In this document: piece by piece, positions 54,151 through 61,999 of the stretch
How positions within the stretch are numbered: position 1 is the stretch's first letter
How the letters are laid out: each line of letters begins with the position of its first letter
Source: an uncultured delta proteobacterium
GTDB taxonomy: Bacteria; Myxococcota_A; Polyangia; Polyangiales; Houyiibacteriaceae
NCBI GenBank assembly: GCA_963699755.1
Contig: CAVOVB010000003.1
Coordinates: forward strand, 416,001 to 480,000
Length of the DNA stretch: 64,000 bases
Reading direction: 5' to 3'
The notes under the pieces: generated by a model
Database searches by the model: none
What the model was told of the DNA's origin: nothing
The model's input: only the letters and a program-made list of their open reading frames with translations
Made by a program: the position numbers and the translations under genes

Positions 54151-54618
54151 TCACCCATCAGGACCCGCGACCTCTGGCGATTGACCCACCGAGCCTTCCA
54201 GCGTCTCTTTGACGCTGATGAGCGCCAACCCGAACTCCCGTGCATTCCGCCTCGCGGCGATGTGCTCCGCAAGCTTTCCCAGCACGGGAATGGGGACGTT
54301 GTACTTGACCTCGAGCGTCAGTACCGAGCCTTCCTCGTGGGGTTCGACCCCGTATGCAAACGTGCTCTCAATCATGCCGATGGTCTGATGCACCGCGCAT
54401 TTGCCCGGAACGTGCTCGACGACCGTAGCCTCTCCATGAAGGAACAGGCCTGCCATCTTGTAGGTCCACGTCTGCTGCTGGCCGGCGCCGCTCCCGATCA
54501 CATCGGCCACTTCGACCATCCCTGGCAGCCATTCGACCAAGTTCATCGGGTCGTCCACGTACGCAAACACTCGATCCGTGGGCGCATGGATCACGATACT
54601 GTTCTTCCAGGAGATCAT
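54151..54618 (-). CDS. SRPBCC (polyketide cyclase/START) family protein
   Basis: 'SIVIHAPTDRVFAYVDDPMNLVEWLPG', C-terminal helix. Confidence 0.8.
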   Translation of the reverse strand: MISWKNSIVIHAPTDRVFAYVDDPMNLVEWLPGMVEVADVIGSGAGQQQTWTYKMAGLFLHGEATVVEHVPGKCAVHQTIGMIESTFAYGVEPHEEGSVLTLEVKYNVPIPVLGKLAEHIAARRNAREFGLALISVKETLEGSVGQSPEVAGPDG

Positions 54619-54984
54619 GTCAGCCGACTCCCGTTCTAGGGGGTCGCCACCGTATGCAACCACCGGATTCTGTTCATGTCTATACGCAATTCTTTATTCG
54701 TTCGAGGCTTCGGCAGGCCTAGCAGTGCATACGAGAGGTTTCGGGGAAGGATCTAGAAGACAACTCCGATTCTCCGCAATTGGGTCACGCGCCCGGACGT
54801 TCCGTGCGTGTTGTAGCAAAGGCCGGAGTGACGAGGGCCGAAGACCCGAGCTCCCGCTGCCACCATCTTCGTGTTCCTCCGGCGCGCTCCGAGGTGATCA
54901 CCCGAAGGCCGTGGATAGACGTCCGGCACGCGGAGCAGGTGGCCAGCCAAGACGCGCCTGTGAAGTGCGGATAGATTCACTCGA

Positions 54985-55431
54985 TTAGTCTAGCTCAGCA
55001 AGTTTCGCGGCGAGCTGCTTCTTTGCCCAACGTTCTGCCTCGATAGGCTTGGAGAAAAGTTGGTAGGGAAACTTCGGTGGCGAGAGCCAAGTCACGGCGG
55101 TCACGACGCCGCGCAGCCATGGGCTCGGTACGATCAACGCGGAGCCCGCATACCACGGAACGCTGAGTTCTCCGAAACGCTTGAGGTGCTCGGCTAACTC
55201 TTTGCGTTGGATGGCCGGCGCCTTGGTGACGTTGGAGAGATCAATGACCCAGGCCATCGGGTAGCGCGCGCGAATCGCCCAGTCTTCGCGTGCCCGAAGA
55301 GATGCCTTAAGCTCTTCGTTGGTGGCTTCCGAAGGAAAGGTCCATCGGTAGATCGGCATGAGGTCGTTCGAGAACCACGGATGGTCGATCTGGATCTGCT
55401 CCGCAGCAGGCTGACCCTTAGCCCTGTCCAT
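54985..55431 (-). CDS. Hypothetical protein (STAS/SEC14-like)
   Basis: 'WVIDLS...QRK...ALIVPSPWLRGVVTAVTWLSPP...EAERWA'. Confidence 0.65.
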   Translation of the reverse strand: MDRAKGQPAAEQIQIDHPWFSNDLMPIYRWTFPSEATNEELKASLRAREDWAIRARYPMAWVIDLSNVTKAPAIQRKELAEHLKRFGELSVPWYAGSALIVPSPWLRGVVTAVTWLSPPKFPYQLFSKPIEAERWAKKQLAAKLAELD

Positions 55432-55495
55432 TCGGACAGGATAGCGCTTAAAACCTCACCCTTCCAAAGTGAAGTGGAACTCGACGCCCATCCTC

Positions 55496-55906
55496 TCAAT
55501 CGGGGCGACGAACGCCCAGCTGGGTCTCGACGCGGTGTTGTCGGTGCAATCGGCGTTCGGCCACGCGAGTCACCCGCTCCAGCACATCGCCTTTGCTGGA
55601 GTCGATCGCCAGCATGAGTCTGGCTGTCGCGACGGCGCGAGCGTCAAAGCCCCTCGCCGAATACAGGTACGCTGCGCGCTCATATGCGCGAAGGGCCTCC
55701 GCCTCGTGTCCGATCCGACGCAACAAGTCCCCCTTGCGGTGCGGCCACCGGGGCTCCTCCGGCTTTCGTTTTTCGATGAGCTCGTAGATGTCGAGCGCTT
55801 CGATCATCCCTCCCTGCTCGAGCGCTCGGTTGAGCTCGGCACAAAGATCTATGGTTTTGCTTTCGCTTCTACGGCTCGTTTTGTTGGGGATCAAATGCTT
55901 CCACAT
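55496..55906 (-). CDS. Small TPR-like protein
   Basis: 'ALDIYE...PRWPHRKGDLL...ALRAYERAAYLY'. Confidence 0.6.
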   Translation of the reverse strand: MWKHLIPNKTSRRSESKTIDLCAELNRALEQGGMIEALDIYELIEKRKPEEPRWPHRKGDLLRRIGHEAEALRAYERAAYLYSARGFDARAVATARLMLAIDSSKGDVLERVTRVAERRLHRQHRVETQLGVRRPD

Positions 55907-56051
55907 GGGACCGACACAAACAGGGGGATCTTCGAGAGAACACCCTTTCGGGACTAGCGTCCACAAGTAATTCTTCCCTCGGGCTCGGCGCGTCCCGTCT
56001 CACGAGGCGCAAAACACTGCCTGAGTAGCTGAACAGACCTTCAACGTTCAC

Positions 56052-57395
56052 CTAGCCGCGTTTCCAAAGCGCTCCAACTCGCTTGAGAAGACCAGGACGA
56101 CTCGGTCCGATCGTTTCACGCGATTCCAGGTTTTCCGCGATGTCGAGTGTACGCCTCGCACTTTCAGTCATGCCCGCTGCGCCGTACACCCGCGCGAGAG
56201 TGCGCCGGAGCTGGGCATCATCGGGGGCGTTTGCGACGGCCTGCTCGGCGCGGCGACGAGCGTGTTTGAGATCGCCTCCGGATGCGAGCAGTGCTTCGGC
56301 GACCCCATGGGCGGCGCGCGCGTCATCAGGTTGTCCGAGCAAGACCTTTTCCCAGGTCTTCGCCGCAGCTTCCCACATGCCGAGGTTCTCCTCATAGGCG
56401 GCCTGCGCCCGGAACGTTGGCGCAAGGCTCCTGTGCATTTCTTGGCTCACCGTTGCCAAGGCGTTCTCGAGGACACTGCAATCCGAGACGATCGAGCTCG
56501 CCAGGCGGAGCGCATTGGTCGCGCCGACCAAGTTCTCCGCCTCGCGTTCGATGATGGCGCTGCGCACCAGTCCTTCGGCACGCACCCGGCTGGCTCCGCG
56601 GGGCGCGCACTCGCGAAGTGCCGTGACGAGGTAATATTCGGCAATCTTTTCTTCTGGGAGAGCCTTTGGGGCGCTGAGGTCCTCTCCCATGAGAGCGCGC
56701 TTCGATGTGCGTGATGCGGGCGCGGAGGCCTGGGCAGGTGGCGGAACCAGCGAGGCTCGACGGACGCCCTCGGAAAGCGCGTCCTCGATCGCATGCGTCT
56801 CTTGTCGATAGAGCAGGTACTCATCGTAGCTCTGTTTGCGCTCCGGGGTGCGAAGCACCTCATAGGCCGCGGATACGCGTTCGCGAACGCGCCGCGTCCC
56901 GAGTCGCGCCGCCATCCGCGCGGCCAACGTGCCCTCCTCGAGCGCTTGTGCCCGATCGTGACCGCGCTCGATGTCGGCTGGGCTGCAGTCCGCATAGAGA
57001 CCGAGGAGTTGATAGTGCGTGAGTCGTTCGAAGCGCTCGAGGAGCCGGGGGGCGGGGGCACGCATCGAGACGAGGTTCCGTTTCGTGCTCATGCGTGTTC
57101 CAGACAGGCGGCGCCCGGGCTCTTCGGAAGCAGCCGTCGAGTCCACTGGCACCTCGTGGTCCCAATGGATCAAGCCCATCGCGGTCAGGCGGTTGAGGAT
57201 CTCCGTGACCGTCCAGGGGTCGAGACCGCAGACATCGACGATCTCGTGGGCCAGCATGACTCCATCGATCCGCGACAGAACGTAGGCGTCCCGCGAGTCG
57301 AGCGACATGGACCGGAGCTTTTCGGATGCCTGATGTACAAGTCGAGGCGCAGGCGGATGCCGAGGCGCGGCGCTGCTTTTGGTCGCTACCTTCAT
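56052..57395 (-). CDS. Degenerate J-domain plus TPR protein
   Basis: 'THYQLLG', 'AYEVLRTPERKQSYD', C-terminal TPRs; no HPD. Confidence 0.7.
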   Translation of the reverse strand: MKVATKSSAAPRHPPAPRLVHQASEKLRSMSLDSRDAYVLSRIDGVMLAHEIVDVCGLDPWTVTEILNRLTAMGLIHWDHEVPVDSTAASEEPGRRLSGTRMSTKRNLVSMRAPAPRLLERFERLTHYQLLGLYADCSPADIERGHDRAQALEEGTLAARMAARLGTRRVRERVSAAYEVLRTPERKQSYDEYLLYRQETHAIEDALSEGVRRASLVPPPAQASAPASRTSKRALMGEDLSAPKALPEEKIAEYYLVTALRECAPRGASRVRAEGLVRSAIIEREAENLVGATNALRLASSIVSDCSVLENALATVSQEMHRSLAPTFRAQAAYEENLGMWEAAAKTWEKVLLGQPDDARAAHGVAEALLASGGDLKHARRRAEQAVANAPDDAQLRRTLARVYGAAGMTESARRTLDIAENLESRETIGPSRPGLLKRVGALWKRG

Positions 57396-57661
57396 TGGGC
57401 GCGAGATTACGAAAACCCGGGCTGGAAGGCCCAAAAAATGGTCGACTTGGTCTTTTCAGTCAGCTAGTTCGACCATAACGACACTGTCGTTCCTCAAAAC
57501 GTTGTCCGTCTCGAGGTGTGAGCCGCGATGATTGCGAAGGTGACCTAGCGGACGGAGCTCAGACCCTCGCGTGCGTTGCTTACGGCTCGACATGCGCGAG
57601 TCGAGCGCGGCAGCCGCCTTGGCCCAACGCGCAGCTGCGCACCGACTGCGGTGGTCGAAGC

Positions 57662-57777
57662 TCATCGTGCTGACATCCGAAGCCTGTCCCACTCTTCAAT
57701 GAAAGCGGAAAATTGGTTCCAACTTCGCGTCGTTGGGGTCACCATCAAAGCTCGGCTTCGCCCGTGCTTTTTCTTTG
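57662..57777. repeat. att-like composite repeat 6
   Basis: Peptide VTPTTRSWNQFSAFIEEWDRLRMSAR*; core TGGGGTCACCA 57734-57744; degenerate hairpin plus T-tract. Confidence 0.88.
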
Positions 57778-58122
57778 GACGTGGTCTCCTCGAATCGAGG
57801 GCAGCGGTTATCGGTCACCCAGGTCAACAGGTTGTGTGACAATCTAACTTCGTGCTCAACCTGGGTCGGATCTTCGGGATCTTCGATCTGCTCGGGTGGA
57901 ATCAGCCCCAGGAGTGGTCTATCACGATGCCGCGGTGCGCTGGCTCGCGGATGTGCGGTGCGCCGTGTTCGCGCCGCGGTGATTCACAGTGCCACGTGAC
58001 GATGCCGTGCGATGCCCTGTCGGCGAACCGCCACGGGCAGCCGGCGTCTGAGTTGTTCCTGGGCTCCGATGGCCAGCGCAGTTCGAGGTCGAGGCCCGAT
58101 GATGGAGGCTCCGGTCACGATG

Positions 58123-58860
58123 CTAATCGTCGTGCCCACGGTGCTTGTCGTCGTGCCCACGGTTGCGGCCGTTGTGCCCACGATGCTCGTCGCCGTGCCC
58201 ACGGTTGTGGCCGTTGTACCCACGGTCGCGGCCGTCGTACCCACGATTGTAGCCGTTGTGCCTACGATTGTGGCCGTTGTGCCCACGGTTGTGGCCGTTG
58301 TGCCCACGGTTCTGACCCGGGTACGTCGTGGGCCGGTGGCGTCCGGAGTGATCGTAGCGATGCCCGTAGTACCCGCCCTGACGATAGTGGTGATATGTTC
58401 GATGCTGAACGGTGGCGCCGTAGGGCCTATAGTGCCCGCGAATGTGGTAGTGGTACCCTCCTGAAAACACCCAACGCGGTGCAACGAAACGGTAGCCGTG
58501 TATCGGGCTCACGTAGTGTCCGCCGATCCACACATAGCGGACCCCGCTCCACCACCAATACCCGCCGACCCAGATGGCTCCGGCGTAGGGGACGCGAGGC
58601 CGGACCTCGAACCTGACCGGCGGAGGTGCTGTTTGAACGATCACCCACGACGGCTCGGGCTCCTCGATGATGATGCTCCTTTCGCCCGCAATCGGCTCGA
58701 CGACGACGTAGGCGTCGGGTTGGTTGATCACGAGACCTTGGCCGAGCGCCGTTTGAGGAACGGAGCCGATGAGCAGCAGCGCCAAGAACGCTAGGGGAAC
58801 ATGGATCTGACCCCGAGGCTTGGCGCAACTGACTGTGGTCGTTTTGTGCAGATTCTTCAT
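58123..58860 (-). CDS. Secreted YXWGXW-repeat-like protein with His/Asn/Arg/Gly-rich tail
   Basis: Signal peptide, 'APPPVRFE', WVGGYWWW / WIGGHY repeats; GAGG RBS. Confidence 0.75.
   Translation of the reverse strand: MKNLHKTTTVSCAKPRGQIHVPLAFLALLLIGSVPQTALGQGLVINQPDAYVVVEPIAGERSIIIEEPEPSWVIVQTAPPPVRFEVRPRVPYAGAIWVGGYWWWSGVRYVWIGGHYVSPIHGYRFVAPRWVFSGGYHYHIRGHYRPYGATVQHRTYHHYRQGGYYGHRYDHSGRHRPTTYPGQNRGHNGHNRGHNGHNRRHNGYNRGYDGRDRGYNGHNRGHGDEHRGHNGRNRGHDDKHRGHDD
58132..58311. repeat. 21-bp tandem repeat (about 8.5 copies)
   Basis: Unit GTGCCCACGGTTGTGGCCGTT, encoding GHNGHNR on the minus strand. Confidence 0.9.
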
Positions 58861-59011
58861 GACCTCGCTGAGACGGACCTGAGGGCCCGGTTTATTCAGG
58901 AAGGGTTAATTCGTCTCTCAGGGCCTCAGTTGCCACTCGCTCTTGCAGCACCCGGGGGATCCGGAGTGCCCCGACGCGCCCGGTGGGACGTAGGCCCTGC
59001 CGAGTGTTTTC

Positions 59012-59410
59012 GTGTTTGCCGCCGCAGTGCTGACGGGCGTCCTGATTTGGGGCCTTCGTTTGCTCTCGGACGTGCTGAATCAGCCAACAGGCGCCGACGC
59101 GAAGTCCAAAGTAGTCAGCAGGATGCTCGCTGAAAAACCGATCAAGCAGCAAGGCCCGGCAACGTCGCTAGTGCCGAGTTTCAGCAGGGTCACGGGAGCC
59201 CCGGGTGCCACGGTCATCGGGGCATTCTTCGTGGGAGTGAGCTATTGGGCGTTGTTCGGCCTCTTCTTTGGAAAGAACCTTGGCAACCTCGACAAAGTTG
59301 GGGCGCTTGTCGTTTCGGGCACCGCCTTCTTCGCGCGTTACGCGTTCAATCAGCTACGCGCGGTCTTTAGCCGACCCTCGCGAGCACGGTGCGTGTGGTG
59401 TCGCTGCTAG
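59012..59410 (+). CDS. Possible membrane protein fragment
   Basis: Three hydrophobic segments; no clear RBS; in-frame TAG shortly upstream. Confidence 0.3.
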   Translation: MFAAAVLTGVLIWGLRLLSDVLNQPTGADAKSKVVSRMLAEKPIKQQGPATSLVPSFSRVTGAPGATVIGAFFVGVSYWALFGLFFGKNLGNLDKVGALVVSGTAFFARYAFNQLRAVFSRPSRARCVWCRC

Positions 59411-60108
59411 TTCCCGAGCACCGACCAGAAAGCCGTTCCGACCCAGATTCGAAAGGCAAAGTCGACATCTGAGGTGCCGTTTCCGATGCCGATGGCGGGG
59501 CCGAGCTCGAACAGAAAAAAAGGTGCCACCTTCGGGGCGGCGTTGATCTCGACACCCATGCGAACCATGAGTGGAATGATCCCCCAAGGGTCCACGTCTC
59601 TTGCGAACATCAGGGTAAACGGAATCGTCGCTCCGGTGACCACGCTGACCCGGTCATGCACGTCGATCGAAACGGGAATCGCAAGCTCGGCGCGCACGCC
59701 ACCCATGACCCGCCGATCAAACCGAAAACCGACAGGAGGCACTCGGCCACGGTCACGGTCGCTACCGCCGACCATGGCACCCGGCGTGAACCGAATCCCA
59801 ACATCGGTTGTGGCCTTGGCATGCTTCCTGTTGTGGATATGCCAGCGGAGCGGAGCGTTGAGAGCAAGACCGACGCTCACATCCGAGAACGCGCCTGACC
59901 AATCCCCGTACAACAGCTCGGCGCCGAGTGCCCAGTCCAGCTTGCCTTGCCCCTTGTTCCACCATTCGTAGAACAGGCTCGGCCAACCGACCCCCGTGTT
60001 GTGCACCATGTCGGACTTCAGCCGCTTCCCTCCAATTGTGGACTGCGGACCCGCAAGTGCGGTGCTCGACATGGCAAGCACCAATACAAAAACGGCAACG
60101 GCTCTCAT
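59407..60108 (-). CDS. Secreted beta-barrel-like hypothetical protein
   Basis: GGAGG RBS, signal peptide, amphipathic aromatic strands. Confidence 0.7.
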   Translation of the reverse strand: MRAVAVFVLVLAMSSTALAGPQSTIGGKRLKSDMVHNTGVGWPSLFYEWWNKGQGKLDWALGAELLYGDWSGAFSDVSVGLALNAPLRWHIHNRKHAKATTDVGIRFTPGAMVGGSDRDRGRVPPVGFRFDRRVMGGVRAELAIPVSIDVHDRVSVVTGATIPFTLMFARDVDPWGIIPLMVRMGVEINAAPKVAPFFLFELGPAIGIGNGTSDVDFAFRIWVGTAFWSVLGN

Positions 60109-60559
60109 TGCACCTCCCTCTCGGCCTCCGGTGACCAGACTCTAAGATCCGGGAAGCTCGAGAGCAAAAGTATCGCGAGGGAGTGCCACCCAAAGTGCCA
60201 CTTCAGGGAGATGAAAGAGATGGTAGGCAACGCTCCTTAGCTCCGTCGGCATCCGAATCGCGTGGTTCTAGTCCCTATGTCGATTTTCTCGCGGACGAAA
60301 GAGGGCGTTTGAACGCACTGTGAGCGGTAGGATTTGTTCCCCCAACGATCTCACGCCACGAGCGTCTGGAGCCTGTCGTTCCTCAAGACGTCGTCCAGCG
60401 CGAATTTGGGCTGCGATGATCGCGAAGGTGACCCAGCGGACAGAGCTCGGACCCCTACGTACGCTGCCGATGGCTGGACATGCGGGAGTCGAGCGCGGCA
60501 TCGGCCTCAGCCCGGGGCAGCACGCGCAGCCGAGCATCGACTGCCCTCGCCGAAGCTCA

Positions 60560-60706
60560 TCATGCGGCCATCCGAAGCCTGTCCCACTCTTCAATGAAAG
60601 GGGAAAATCGGTTCCAACTTCGCATCGTTGGGGTCACCAAGAAAAAAAGGGATTCTGATTCCGATCGGAGTCCCTTGGTGCGGTGCGGCAAATACGTGTC
60701 ACCCGC
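60560..60706. repeat. att-like composite repeat 7
   Basis: Peptide VTPTMRSWNRFSPFIEEWDRLRMAA*; core TGGGGTCACCA 60629-60639; right flank type 2. Confidence 0.88.
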
Positions 60707-60713
60707 TTGCACG

Positions 60714-61144
60714 CTAGAGCTCGCACCTGTTCAGCTTCGCAACACTTTCGGCGTCCTTCTCCATGGCCTCAACCGCGCATCATTGAAGGTCCCCTTCGGC
60801 AAACATCAAGTGCGCCTGGCAAGCGAGCTTCGAGCCGATGAATGCTGTGTCGCCTGGTAAGAGAACGCAGCCCTGGCTGTGCACCCCACAGCCTCTGGCA
60901 AATCCGGCCGATTCATCCTGCGCCTCGACCAATGTCTTGTTCGGTAGGTCATTGAAGTTCACGCCCGTCACTTCCTCGATCGCGTCGATATCGCCTGCTG
61001 CGCTGCCGCAGCGCTGAACGCGTCGATGGCCGAGAGGTAGATATTCAGCTTGCCACCATACGCGGCATTGAGGCTCGGCCTGCTGAGACTCGTCGCCGTC
61101 GACAGGTCGTCCAACGAGGTCGCGGCATAATCCTGTTTGCGGAA
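60714..61144 (-). pseudogene. TetR family regulator pseudogene
   Basis: HTH remnant 'YAATSLDDLSTATSLSRPSLNAAYGGK'; frame break near 60970; in-frame TGA at 60780. Confidence 0.6.
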
Positions 61145-61433
61145 GGACGCCGGCCCCCCAAAGAATGTTGAACAGACGACCGACCGAGTGTGGGGGAGCA
61201 GAAGCGCCCGCAGCCTCGCGGCACTGTCGACGCGTTGATCAGATCTTCTGGAGGTGTACCCGGTGCAGACCACCCCCCTTCCTTGTGTTGAAATCGTTTC
61301 GCGTGACGCGACAGATTTGCGTTTGCTCCCGCGCTCTTACATGGTCCTTCGTTCGCCGCAGCCGGAATGCCGACCCGTTTCGACGTGGTACATCTCTTGC
61401 AAGCTGCGAGACGCTCGCCCCCCAAGGTGGAGA

Positions 61434-61952
61434 ATGGATCTACACATGCGCATCCTATCGATCGGGTTCTTCGCGTGCTCGTTGTTCGTCGTGTTCCCGG
61501 GAGCTCGTTCGCTGGCGCAGGACTCGAGCGCCGCGCCGCAAGTCCAAGCTGCCCCTGAGCCTCCGCTGTGCGTTAGCGGTCGGCGTGGCTATCGCCCCTA
61601 CGACTACTACGACCTCGAAGAGGCGGAGCAGCGCAGTCGAATCGTCCGGAATGCGCTGATCGGTACCAGTGCGGCGCTTGCCACCGGCATCGTTCTCGCG
61701 GGGATCGGATCGTCGCAATGCAATCACGAGACCCAGTCGGACGGAAGCGACAGTTGGTCGTGCAACACTGCAGGAAACGTCTTGTGGGGGGTCGGCGGGG
61801 CCTTCATCGGACTCGGCACGATCGGGGCGCTCACGACGGGCATCATGCTCGGCGTCCGCAACAAGCAAAAGCGCGAGATCGAGTGGGACCTTCGACGCCG
61901 TTACCGCACCCGTATTCGTTGGGACGAGAGATCGGGCCAGTTCGTGTTCTAG
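61434..61952 (+). CDS. Secreted/membrane hypothetical protein
   Basis: Signal peptide, two Gly-rich TM segments flanking a Cys pair. Confidence 0.6.
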   Translation: MDLHMRILSIGFFACSLFVVFPGARSLAQDSSAAPQVQAAPEPPLCVSGRRGYRPYDYYDLEEAEQRSRIVRNALIGTSAALATGIVLAGIGSSQCNHETQSDGSDSWSCNTAGNVLWGVGGAFIGLGTIGALTTGIMLGVRNKQKREIEWDLRRRYRTRIRWDERSGQFVF

Positions 61953-61999
61953 CGGAGTCGACCTCATTCAGCGTTCACCTATTGGGAGACCGGGACAAC

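Noticed and set aside
54780..54790. TGGGTCAC near 54781 as an eighth site
   Set aside because: No upstream GTTCCAAC, no peptide frame and no hairpin.
49525..60639. CRISPR array (repeats begin GTTCCAA)
   Set aside because: Intervals are 0.76-3.7 kb and contain genes, the repeats are degenerate, and no cas genes are present.
47964..60639. Classical integron (intI plus attC)
   Set aside because: Sites lack the RYYYAAC...GTTRRRY attC architecture and match the tRNA 3' end instead. Cargo orientation is mixed, and I see no IntI-specific insertion in the integrase.
49525..60639. Additional tRNA genes at the repeats
   Set aside because: Only the acceptor 3' strand and a T-loop-like motif match; no 5' half, D arm or anticodon arm.
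49500..60640. Alternative minus frame (GDPK/NxAKLE...) as the conserved peptide
   Set aside because: Lengths and downstream residues vary widely between copies, whereas the VTP frame keeps W/F positions and length.
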